From: Staphylococcus phage PhiSepi-HH3
Sequence record: MT880872.1
Length of the DNA: 64,000 bases
Direction: 5' to 3' (one strand)
Both the position numbers and the translations under genes were made by a program. Below, one piece after another: positions 41,115 through 49,577 of this stretch (positions are counted from its first letter, which is position 1; each line of letters opens with the position of its first letter). The notes below the pieces were generated by a model that saw only the letters and a program-made list of their open reading frames with translations, was not told the DNA's origin and did no database searches.

Positions 41115-43508
41115 ATGAGAAGAAATTTAATTAATAATTATCGTTTCTTAGAATTCCCACAAGAGACTTCTATTGAAATTAAACAAGGTGACTTTACTCC
41201 TATCTCTGTTAAATTGGACTCTACTGAGATGATTAAAGATGATGGTAAAGACGCAAAAGTTATTTTAATCAACACTGATAATGAAAAAGTATTTGAAACT
41301 AGCGTACCAGCGAAAAATAGAATTATTGAGTTTGTTATCAATAAGAACTTACCTAAAGGAAGATACTTTTTAGAAATCGTTTATAATCAAATGAAGTTTC
41401 CTTCTAGAGATTATAAAACTATCATTATTAATGGATCAGCTTCATTAGGTAGTTTAAAAGAGATTAATATCATTAGTTCAGATGATATTAAAAATAGATT
41501 TATTTCTGAAGCTAAAAAAGAATTATCAGCGGATATTGATCAACTAGTTAGTGAGAAACTTAATAAGTATGTCATTGAAAATCAAGAAGATTTAAAAGGT
41601 CAATCGATATCTATTGCTAACCACGAATTCGATGAAAAAGGTAATCTAAATATTACTTTTAGCGATCAAACATTTATTCAGATACCAAAAGGAAAAGATG
41701 GCCACAACGGTGAAGATGGTCGAGATGGCTTGAACGGAAGAGATGGTCAATCTGTAACCACTATCACTGAACGTGGAATTAGTAATAATAGCAGTGGTAT
41801 CTATGTTCGTACATACAAAGTTGATCATGAAGGTATTAAACAAGATTTAATCAGTGAAACTTTCGTGTCTGATGGAAAAGATGGTAAAGATGGAACGTCA
41901 GTTGAAATCGACCATACTGAAGAAATTGACAACGACCTCAAAATATACTTTACAAATGGCAAATCTTTATTCTTACCAAAGACAAAAGTTGTAGAAACTA
42001 ATACCTCAGCCAGCACAGAAATCTCACAACTTAAAGATTTAGTAGGTGTGTTTATTGGTGATAGTATTACTGAAGTTAACTTACGAACAGAAAAGAACTA
42101 CCATCAATTTATTGCTGATCGTACTGGGCTTAAAAATATTAACTTAGGTCATAGTGGTACAGGTTATCAAGATAGAAAAAATGCTTTCACTGAAATAAAA
42201 GAGGCACCCGATTTCATCACCGTGTTCTTGGGAACAAATGACTATGGTTTAGTTGGTGGAAAAACTAGAGAGTTAGGAACTGCGAAAGAACATAAAGCTG
42301 GAACAGTTGCGGGTAGTATTTATTATACATTATTACAACTTTCAAACTCATTCCCTACTACGCCTATTGGTGTAATGACTCCTATTCCTAGAGCTGAATG
42401 TAACCCGTTCAAAGAAGTTGCTAACTCTAAGGGATATACTTTAGGCCAATTAACTGAAGTAATTAAAGAATTGGCTAGTTCATTCTCATTCCCTGTTTTA
42501 GATTTGTATAATGAAAGTAATCTAAGAGTTTGGAATGAAACTGTTAATAAGACTTTCTTTAGTCTTTCAAATGGTTCATACGATGGTTTACACCCTAATG
42601 CTAAAGGTCATGAGTATTTATCTTATATGATTGAAAGATTTATTGAAGATAAATTAGTTGTGGGTACACGATTTGATTACGAACATGTTGATACTACTCC
42701 AACAAGTCTAGGTAATGATGTCTTTAAAAAAGCTATTAAACCAGAAGGTATGTTTTGGAATACAACCCAAAGCCTCATTATTAATGTTACTGCTAGTGAC
42801 ATTGATTTAGATAAGTTTAAATTGCTGAAAATAAAATATAAAAACTATAAAATTATTGATCCTAGTGGTATATTAAGTGGTTCTCCTTATTGGTACACTT
42901 TACCTAACTACGCTGATAAAGATAAGTTTAATAGAACTTCAGATGTCACTGAGTTTGTTAAAGGTTTTGAAGTTATGGATATTACTGAAAGTCGTGGTAA
43001 TGAATATATGCCAGATTATGTAGAATTCATATACACTCTCAAAACTAATACAGATGTTGTAGCGGATATTAATAAAGATTACGTCTTGAAGTCTGCTGCA
43101 CAACCGACTACACCTTCTACTTCAACACCTACTTCTCCAACAACAAATACAAAAGAGAAAGTAACACCAGTTGATAATGGTGATGGAACATTTACCGCTA
43201 CTATCACTCCAACTAAGATTTCTTGGAAGCAAGATCAAAGCTTCATGATTAACACAGATGGAGAACAATTAGATTTAACTGGTAAGCAAGTTAAAAAAGT
43301 AGAGTCTGGTGATTATTCAATTCTAAACCCAAATACAACTGCTTCTAACTACTTCTTCTGGTATTCTGTTCCTACTTCTACTGAAGGTACTATGTTCAAT
43401 AAAACACCAGACATTAATAAATTCGTTGCTGGCTTAACTGTTGATAAAACTGAAGCTGATGGAAGAATAGTATATAAACTTGTACCAGTAAAAATTACAT
43501 ACAAATAA
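41115..43508 (+). CDS. SGNH/GDSL-family hydrolase with collagen-like Gly-X-Y repeats, a Thr/Pro linker and two C-terminal repeat modules
   Basis: SGNH blocks: GDSITE (block I, catalytic Ser), LGHSGTGY (block II), FLGTNDYG (block III), DGLHPNAKGH (block V, DxxH). The collagen-like run is GKDGHNGEDGRDGLNGRDGQ (7 G-X-Y triplets), followed later by DGKDGKDG. The linker reads PTTPSTSTPTSPTTNT. Two modules of about 45 aa, each with a W-Y-T/S-x-P core, follow it. Confidence 0.6.
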   Translation: MRRNLINNYRFLEFPQETSIEIKQGDFTPISVKLDSTEMIKDDGKDAKVILINTDNEKVFETSVPAKNRIIEFVINKNLPKGRYFLEIVYNQMKFPSRDYKTIIINGSASLGSLKEINIISSDDIKNRFISEAKKELSADIDQLVSEKLNKYVIENQEDLKGQSISIANHEFDEKGNLNITFSDQTFIQIPKGKDGHNGEDGRDGLNGRDGQSVTTITERGISNNSSGIYVRTYKVDHEGIKQDLISETFVSDGKDGKDGTSVEIDHTEEIDNDLKIYFTNGKSLFLPKTKVVETNTSASTEISQLKDLVGVFIGDSITEVNLRTEKNYHQFIADRTGLKNINLGHSGTGYQDRKNAFTEIKEAPDFITVFLGTNDYGLVGGKTRELGTAKEHKAGTVAGSIYYTLLQLSNSFPTTPIGVMTPIPRAECNPFKEVANSKGYTLGQLTEVIKELASSFSFPVLDLYNESNLRVWNETVNKTFFSLSNGSYDGLHPNAKGHEYLSYMIERFIEDKLVVGTRFDYEHVDTTPTSLGNDVFKKAIKPEGMFWNTTQSLIINVTASDIDLDKFKLLKIKYKNYKIIDPSGILSGSPYWYTLPNYADKDKFNRTSDVTEFVKGFEVMDITESRGNEYMPDYVEFIYTLKTNTDVVADINKDYVLKSAAQPTTPSTSTPTSPTTNTKEKVTPVDNGDGTFTATITPTKISWKQDQSFMINTDGEQLDLTGKQVKKVESGDYSILNPNTTASNYFFWYSVPTSTEGTMFNKTPDINKFVAGLTVDKTEADGRIVYKLVPVKITYK

Positions 43509-43523
43509 CATATAAAAATCTCA

Positions 43524-43553
43524 AGAACTAGTTAACGCTAGTTCTTTTTTTTA
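43524..43553 (+). terminator. rho-independent terminator between the SGNH hydrolase gene and the endolysin gene
   Basis: The stem is agaactag-ttaacg-ctagttct. A T9 run follows. Confidence 0.6.
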
Positions 43554-43584
43554 TTACATAAATTTAACTAAGGAGTGTTGTTCT

Positions 43585-45087
43585 TTGAAAACTCAAAAAC
43601 AAGTTGCTGAAAGATTACGTGCTTACGTTAACGGTACTGTTGATAGTCCATATCGAGTTAGAGATTGGACTCATTATGATGATGATTTTGGAACAATGGA
43701 ACCGGGCTGTATTGATGTTGATCGTAGCTTCCATGCTCAATGTATGGATCTCGTAATCGACTATTGTTTATGGATATCTGATAATCAATTTAGAATTCGT
43801 GGTAATGCAAAACAAGCTATCGACAACCCTCTTCCAAAAGGCTGGAAAATTATTCGTAATGAAAGAGCCACAGTGCCGAAACAGGGCTGGATAGGTGTTA
43901 ATACAAGCACATATTATGGTCATATTTGGCTCGTTGATAAAGGTGCTACTCAAATGACTATGCCTGTTATTGAGCAAAACTGGAATTCGTTAGCGAACTT
44001 AAAACCAAAACGTAGACTTGATTACTACTATGGTTGTACTCACTTTATCGTTCCGCCAATTAGTTCAAATAATGCTATTGTGAGAGCTGCTAAGAACGTT
44101 TTACCTAGTCCTAAACCTATGAAAGTATTACTTGTAGCTGGACATGGTAAAGGTGCTTATTCAAACGATCCTGGTGTAGTAAATACTGAATTAGATATTT
44201 GTGAAAGAGACTTTGTTAGACAAAAAATCGTTCCTAATGTTGCTAAGTATCTTAAACAAGCAGAAGTAAATGTTCAGTTGTATGGTGGTTCTACTATGAA
44301 CCAAGACATGTACCAAGACACTAGATATGGTGTTAATCTTGGAGATACTAAGAGATATGGAATGTACTGGGCTGCTCGACAAGGTTTCGATCAAATTGTT
44401 GAATTCCATTTGGACGCAGCTAGTCCACAAGCTTCTGGTGGTCATGTAATTATTGATAATAACGTATATCAAGATAAGATTGATGAAAGACTTCATAAAG
44501 TTATTGATAAATACGTTGGTACAATTCGAGGTATAGACAAGCGTGATAACTTATTGAATGCTAACGTATCTGCCGACCTAAACCAAAATTATAGATTAGT
44601 TGAATTAGGTTTCATTACTAATAAAACTGATGTAAGAAATATCGAGAGACATCTTGAAGCTTTCACTAAAGAAATGGCTGAAGCTATTGTTGGTAATGTT
44701 ATCGGTAATAACTTAGGTTCTCAAGATATAAAGCCTTCTACTAAAAAAGGTACTAAATCTAAACCTTCTAAGAAAAAACCTGAACCTCAACAAATTGAGT
44801 GGAAGTGGTCTGGCACTTTCTACCCTAATACATCGATCAAAGTTAGAAGAAACTGGGGGCTTAACGGTGAAGAAGTTCCTAGAAAATTCTGGCTTAATGG
44901 AGAAAAAGACTGGGTATATATCCATTCAGTTATCAAAGATACTAAGAATAAATTATGGTGGGCTAAGATGACTTATCCTCAAAACAAGGAAATTAAATAC
45001 TTCTATTGTGCTTTAGGTAAAATCACTGATAAAGAAGCCAAAATTAAAAAAGAAAAAGAATTATATGGTAAAATTAAATGGAAGTAA
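43585..45087 (+). CDS. endolysin: CHAP + N-acetylmuramoyl-L-alanine amidase (Amidase_3) + SH3b-like cell-wall-binding domain
   Basis: TTG start with the ribosome-binding site TAAGGAGTG. The CHAP Cys/His blocks are FHAQCMDLV and YYGHIWLV. The Amidase_3 blocks are KVLLVAGHGKG...E...EFHLDA...GGHVII...LVELGFITN. A Lys-rich linker leads to a C-terminal beta-rich domain. Confidence 0.75.
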   Translation: MKTQKQVAERLRAYVNGTVDSPYRVRDWTHYDDDFGTMEPGCIDVDRSFHAQCMDLVIDYCLWISDNQFRIRGNAKQAIDNPLPKGWKIIRNERATVPKQGWIGVNTSTYYGHIWLVDKGATQMTMPVIEQNWNSLANLKPKRRLDYYYGCTHFIVPPISSNNAIVRAAKNVLPSPKPMKVLLVAGHGKGAYSNDPGVVNTELDICERDFVRQKIVPNVAKYLKQAEVNVQLYGGSTMNQDMYQDTRYGVNLGDTKRYGMYWAARQGFDQIVEFHLDAASPQASGGHVIIDNNVYQDKIDERLHKVIDKYVGTIRGIDKRDNLLNANVSADLNQNYRLVELGFITNKTDVRNIERHLEAFTKEMAEAIVGNVIGNNLGSQDIKPSTKKGTKSKPSKKKPEPQQIEWKWSGTFYPNTSIKVRRNWGLNGEEVPRKFWLNGEKDWVYIHSVIKDTKNKLWWAKMTYPQNKEIKYFYCALGKITDKEAKIKKEKELYGKIKWK

Positions 45088-45110
45088 TAAATTAGAGTTA
45101 TTATAATTTA

Positions 45111-45151
45111 TCCCCTCTGACTATTTTAAATAGTTGGAGGGGAATTTTTTT
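45111..45151 (+). terminator. rho-independent terminator ending the phage late/lysis transcription unit
   Basis: The stem is cccctc...gagggg. A T7 run follows. Confidence 0.7.
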
Positions 45152-45162
45152 GTGCATATATC

Positions 45163-45363
45163 TTATACTAGCTTTAAATTTATTGTTTGTGCCATCAAAC
45201 ACTTAGTTACTATCGTACTTGTTTGTAAATCAGTTAGTCTTATAGTATAAGAACCTTCTTTAGTTCTTATAACGATCATTACATCTTCAATTTTTTCCGT
45301 CTCGATATCTGGAATAATTAGTCCTTGTGCAGCTTTACCAATAAAATTTACGTTCATCTCCAT
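45163..45363 (-). CDS. small protein P1 (66 aa), paralogue of P2
   Basis: Ribosome-binding site GGGAGGA. It shares the core DV(M/V)xV(I/L)RxxEEG/EGSxTI with the 58-aa ORF at 45743-45919. Confidence 0.4.
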   Translation of the reverse strand: MEMNVNFIGKAAQGLIIPDIETEKIEDVMIVIRTKEGSYTIRLTDLQTSTIVTKCLMAQTINLKLV

Positions 45364-45742
45364 TCAAACTTTGTCCTCCCAATTATGCTATAAACGTAAT
45401 AAAAATGCGAAACTATTTGTAACTATGTAAACTCTTTTTGATAATTAGTTGATAATTCTTAAATAAATAATAAGAACTCGTACAAGAAAAATAAATAAGT
45501 TATTTAACTTATTCTAAAGCAAAATGTTTATATAATTACTAATGTCATTAATTCGTTTCCCAATTATAATTACTCTTATTTATATTTCTTAAAATAATAA
45601 TACAAAAATAAATATATCACGATTATAATATTTATAGTATAAGTAATATTTACATAAAATTTATAAAAGTATCTTAAATGTAGCAAAAGTATTTCTTTTA
45701 TTCAAAATTTTTATATTTTTTAAACATTTCTTTTTCAAGCAT

Positions 45743-45919
45743 TTATATTTCTTTAAATTGTATATTAAAATCTTTTGTACTTTTTATAACTATTGTTCTC
45801 CCCTCTTCATTTGCTCTAAGAACTGTAACTACGTCAAAAATATTTTCATTAGAAAATTGTAGCAACTCCTCTTCTGTGAAATCTCTCTCACCTTCAATTA
45901 CAATTCGATATTTTTTCAT
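45743..45919 (-). CDS. small protein P2 (58 aa; MKKYRIVIEGERDFTEEELLQFSNENIFDVVTVLRANEEGRTIVIKSTKDFNIQFKEI), not listed in the ORF track
   Basis: ATG with the ribosome-binding site AAAGGATGATG. It lies downstream of a near-consensus sigma-A promoter. It is a paralogue of P1. Confidence 0.4.
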   Translation of the reverse strand: MKKYRIVIEGERDFTEEELLQFSNENIFDVVTVLRANEEGRTIVIKSTKDFNIQFKEI

Positions 45920-45971
45920 AGTACATCATCCTTTCGCAAAATTTAAATATGAGAACGTTTGTTCGGTATTT

Positions 45972-46000
45972 ATATTAAGTTATTATTAGAGTGATGTCAA
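45972..46000 (-). promoter_or_regulatory. near-consensus sigma-A promoter on the minus strand (TTGACA, 17-nt spacer, TAATAT) reading into P2 and P1
   Basis: Read on the minus strand: ttgaca-tcactctaataataact-taatat. Confidence 0.5.
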
Positions 46001-46057
46001 CAAAAACAAAAAAGCTCAATGGTAAATAACCAAAGAGCATACTAGATATTTGTACTA

Positions 46058-47704
46058 CTATGACTTATCTTCCACCAAATATTCAACTGGAATTTTACTA
46101 AGTATTAAATCTTTTGACAACTGTTCATCGTATTTAATAATAATCAGTTTCACATCATTTTGATCACATAGTTGTTGCTTACGCTTATCTCTCACCTGTT
46201 GTTTCTTTAGACTTTCTTCTCCTCCCCAATGTTCAACTGGCTTATAGTGTTGAACACCATTATATTCAAAACCAATTTTCAATTCCGGTACATAAATATC
46301 TATTTCTAAACCTTCAAGAAAGTTTGGTCTACAATGACGTTCGCATTCATAATTTTCAAAGATATCTTCAACAATTTTAAACATCATAGTTTCAGATATC
46401 CAACCTTCTCCTATTTTAGCTACACCATATTCTTCTCTTAGAATATTTTCAGCTTCTTTTCCATAGATATCGTTATCTAAGTCGTTTTCTATTTGAACTT
46501 GATCAATATACCAACCATGATACTTTCTAAATTTACTATCATTACTTGAGTATATGCGATTAGGAGTTGTTTTATTACATCTAAAGCATATATTATCTTT
46601 GAATTGAATGTCATCAACTATGTTAGTATTATCATCATTTAGATATGCTTTAATAACTGGAGGTAAATATACTTTTACATTTAGTTTATTTACTTTTAAT
46701 TTATGTAAAGCTTTTTTAGTACAACTACACATATATGGCTCTTGATCGAATGAGTCTCTAAATGCAAAGAATTTTGTTTCATGTTCTAATGGATAATAAG
46801 TTATATATGCTCTATTGTCATCATTTAATACAAAATCAAAACTATTTCCATAGCTATAATTTAATATTCTCTTAATTCTATTTTCGGCATGTGATACAAA
46901 TTCTCTATATTCAATTAAATATTTTTGGTATAGTTTCTCTTCTAAATAAATTTCTTTATTTTTCCAATTCTTAATTAAAAAGAATATGTTTTCAATGTCA
47001 TCTCTATGTTCAAGATATTCCATATCGCTAGTTACTTTTATACTATATTTATTATCTTCAAATTCAAAGTTATCGAAACGCTTCATTAAATTGATTGCAG
47101 TCTCGAAATACTTCGATTTACTTTTAGATATTGTAATTCTTAATAAATCTTTTTCTTTATTCAATTCGTCTAATTCATCTATGTTAGGTTTGTATTGATT
47201 AGGGTTATCTAACAAAAGTCTGTCTAATGCTCCATAATATTTACCATTTATCTCAACTTCCTCAAAACGATCATTCAAAGGATGTAGCTCTGGTCTATTA
47301 TCTACAAGAACCTCTTCAATTATATTATGGATATGATTTTGAGTATCTCTGCCTCTCTCAATGATATTAATAATTTCTTTAGAGTCCTTTATAGTTCCAA
47401 TACTGATATAATTTGTGAAACTTTTATTGTTGTCACCATAAGTTATTCTAATAGGCTTATTTCCTAATGTTTCATCTAATTCTATTTGAATAACATCTTT
47501 AAAGGGAATTTTATATGCGAAATCTTCTACTTGATTTACCATATAAATTGAATTAATTGATAAATAAAATGAACAGTATATATTTCTGTATGTGCCATCG
47601 AAGGTATACTCGAAGTTACAAACAGTTTTATAATAAATTTCAACATTGCCAAACTTTTTTTCAAGATATTCATCGTTCATTTTTAAATCAGAATAAAAGT
47701 CCAT
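46058..47704 (-). CDS. 548-aa protein with a C-terminal Vsr/DUF559-like PD-(D/E)xK endonuclease domain and a novel N-terminal region of about 400 aa that contains a Cys cluster
   Basis: Ribosome-binding site AGGAGAAATAGG. The C-terminus (EGWISETMMFKIVEDIF...RPNFLEGLEIDIYVPELKIGFEYNGVQHY...VRDKRKQQL...VKLIIIKYDE) matches the DUF559 pattern of D, a hydrophobic residue, P-E-x-K and then I/L-E-x-D/N-G-x-Q-H. Cysteines occur at CSCTKK...CFRCNK. Confidence 0.55.
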   Translation of the reverse strand: MDFYSDLKMNDEYLEKKFGNVEIYYKTVCNFEYTFDGTYRNIYCSFYLSINSIYMVNQVEDFAYKIPFKDVIQIELDETLGNKPIRITYGDNNKSFTNYISIGTIKDSKEIINIIERGRDTQNHIHNIIEEVLVDNRPELHPLNDRFEEVEINGKYYGALDRLLLDNPNQYKPNIDELDELNKEKDLLRITISKSKSKYFETAINLMKRFDNFEFEDNKYSIKVTSDMEYLEHRDDIENIFFLIKNWKNKEIYLEEKLYQKYLIEYREFVSHAENRIKRILNYSYGNSFDFVLNDDNRAYITYYPLEHETKFFAFRDSFDQEPYMCSCTKKALHKLKVNKLNVKVYLPPVIKAYLNDDNTNIVDDIQFKDNICFRCNKTTPNRIYSSNDSKFRKYHGWYIDQVQIENDLDNDIYGKEAENILREEYGVAKIGEGWISETMMFKIVEDIFENYECERHCRPNFLEGLEIDIYVPELKIGFEYNGVQHYKPVEHWGGEESLKKQQVRDKRKQQLCDQNDVKLIIIKYDEQLSKDLILSKIPVEYLVEDKS

Positions 47705-47846
47705 TCCTATTTCTCCTAATTTATTAATTTAATTATCTTATATTTTACAATACTTTTAATAATAATAAATACAAAAAATAACCCCTTGATTAAGAAATCA
47801 AAGAGTTATTTTGGAGTTTAGATTTTACGAATATGATACTTATAAA

Positions 47847-48452
47847 TTATTTAGAATTAGAAGTACGTCTAAATGCTAATAATGAACCAGCTGCTAATAA
47901 TACTGAAGCGATGATTGTTGCTAAACCAGAGTTAGATTGTTCGCCTGTTTCTGGTAAAGCTTTTGTTGTTTGAGCTTCTTTAGTTTGAGTTGATTGTGTA
48001 TTGTTTTCTTGAGTAGAAACATCGTTATCAGTTGTAGCAGTAGTAGTGTTGTTATTTGTTGCTGCTTGATTATTGTCAGTACTTTGTGTATTGTTTGGTG
48101 CGTCAATTGTTAATACATTGTTTGCGTCTCTAGGAGTCTGAGCTTCAATACGTCCATCTTTATAAACTTTTGCAGCACCTACACCGTTGTCTTTTTCACC
48201 AGAAAAAATAACAGTATAATAGTCACCATTGTCTTTTACTCCATTGTCTTTATCAGTAACGCCACCACCATGTCCTCCAATTGATACAGAACCCGCTTCA
48301 GTATATTTTGAACCAATAGCATTTTTAGCATAATCTCTAACATTTGAGTCATTTACATAATCAGCTGCATGTGCATTATGTGTAGCTCCTACACCTGTAA
48401 ATAATAATGCTCCCGCTAATGTAGTTGTTGCTAAAACTTTAGATTTTTTCAT
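47847..48452 (-). CDS. LPXTG (LPETG) cell-wall-anchored surface protein with a signal peptide and a Thr/Asn/Gln-rich stalk
   Basis: The start was reset to MKKSKVLATTTLAG..., which has the ribosome-binding site GGGAGGAAAATAAAA. The motif LPETG is followed by a hydrophobic segment and RRTSNSK, the sortase sorting signal. The track ORF extends spuriously upstream. Confidence 0.7.
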   Translation of the reverse strand: MKKSKVLATTTLAGALLFTGVGATHNAHAADYVNDSNVRDYAKNAIGSKYTEAGSVSIGGHGGGVTDKDNGVKDNGDYYTVIFSGEKDNGVGAAKVYKDGRIEAQTPRDANNVLTIDAPNNTQSTDNNQAATNNNTTTATTDNDVSTQENNTQSTQTKEAQTTKALPETGEQSNSGLATIIASVLLAAGSLLAFRRTSNSK

Positions 48453-48603
48453 TTTTATTTTCCTCCCAAAAAATAATATGTAATCACGGTTTAAATATTC
48501 GACACGTGTATATCTAATGTTAAACATCAGAATGGACATATAATGTCCTTGTCTAAACAATTTAGATTTATTTTAATTGTCCAATGTAACTCAATGAGAA
48601 TAA

Positions 48604-48646
48604 AAGAAACTCTTTGATCGCTATTTTTTGATCAAAGAGTTTTTAT
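48604..48646. terminator. bidirectional rho-independent terminator
   Basis: The stem is aaactctttgatc...gatcaaagagttt, with an A-run on one side and a T-run on the other. Confidence 0.6.
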
Positions 48647-48757
48647 CATACTCAAATTATTTAAAAATCTAATTTCAATCAATTTAGAAAAATACTTGTA
48701 TTCTTTGTTATAACGGGGATAGGACAACTTTTGGTACTTGATTATATTTCGACTTAA

Positions 48758-49069
48758 TTAAGTACAGTTCCACCAAGTTCCAGTCGCGCATCCTCCAGCT
48801 AATACTATCCCTATTCCAAAAATGAAAGATCCCAAAATAGTTCCTATAACTGGAAATGTTTCTGCTGGAACCTCAATAATATTTAAGTGCTTTAGAATAA
48901 GTAAACCAATACTTTGGACTGTAATAGCAATAAGCAATGCATAAAACATTTTGTTACTCTTCTGAACGTACATATCTCTAAATCCACCAGCTAAACAAAA
49001 TCTTGTTCTCTGCATTACAAATCCTAGCAATATGCCAACGACTAGTCCGCTTATAATTGTCCACACCAT
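48758..49069 (-). CDS. YeeE/YedE-family (DUF395) membrane protein, short form of 103 aa; possibly partial
   Basis: The N-terminal signature of the family is present: GxxxGxxFGxxxQRxRFCxxGGFRD. The C-terminal LAGGCATG loop is present. Confidence 0.45.
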   Translation of the reverse strand: MVWTIISGLVVGILLGFVMQRTRFCLAGGFRDMYVQKSNKMFYALLIAITVQSIGLLILKHLNIIEVPAETFPVIGTILGSFIFGIGIVLAGGCATGTWWNCT

Positions 49070-49155
49070 TTTATCACCTTTTTCCGATATAAATACTAAG
49101 GTATTATAGTAAAAAGGACCATATTTTGCAAATTCTTAATTTTCTTTATTATGTT

Positions 49156-49446
49156 TTAATATAAATATTTTGTGAGTTTGTTTAAGTCACTCTTAGATAA
49201 GTTACTAAATTTATACCACTCCTGATCAGAATAATAAATAAACAATTTATTTCCTAATAACCCTTTAGATGTTCTATACCGCACAATGCTAGAGAGTTCG
49301 AATTGTATATTGAATGGATTATTGTTTTGACTATATGCCTTAAACTCCAACTTATTTTCATGTATTAACAATATACCGGGAACTGTCATTATTCTGGGGA
49401 TATGTGATTTGAAATTACAATTTATTTCTTGAGTCATTTGTTTCAA
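49156..49446 (-). CDS. hypothetical small protein (96 aa)
   Basis: ORF between the yeeE-like gene and rex. Confidence 0.3.
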   Translation of the reverse strand: MKQMTQEINCNFKSHIPRIMTVPGILLIHENKLEFKAYSQNNNPFNIQFELSSIVRYRTSKGLLGNKLFIYYSDQEWYKFSNLSKSDLNKLTKYLY

Positions 49447-49577
49447 TCTCCCATTACAATAAATATCAACTTACAATTTTTTGTTAAGAAAGTTTCGTAT
49501 TTATAATCTATTGTAACTGTTTAATATAAAAAAAGCACTCTCACTTGAGAGTACTATGTTAAGGTGATTTTTATTAA

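Larger units (their letters stand above)
1..47846. mobile_element. SPbeta-like siphovirus prophage, right-hand part (DNA-handling, packaging, head, tail and lysis modules, then about 2.7 kb of cargo); the left end lies outside the window and the right boundary is approximate (between 45150 and 47850)
   Basis: A contiguous + strand block runs HU-like protein, terminase, portal, capsid, tail, YomM-like recombinase, giant tape measure protein with muralytic domains, XhlA/holin/endolysin. This mirrors the yonN...yonF...yomM-yomI...blyA/bhlAB order of Bacillus phage SPbeta. A terminator follows the endolysin at 45111-45151. Recognisable chromosomal genes start at 47847. Confidence 0.7.

Noticed and set aside
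47921-48106. A 61-aa minus-strand ORF inside the LPETG protein gene. The same applies to 46986-47198 (plus strand) inside the 548-aa gene.
   Set aside because: These are out-of-frame internal ORFs in Gln/Thr-rich or AT-rich coding sequence.
48453-48560. The N-terminal 36-aa extension of the track ORF for the LPETG protein (MFRQGHYMSILMFNIRY...)
   Set aside because: The true start is the downstream MKKSKV, which has a perfect GGGAGGA ribosome-binding site and a canonical signal peptide. The extension has neither.
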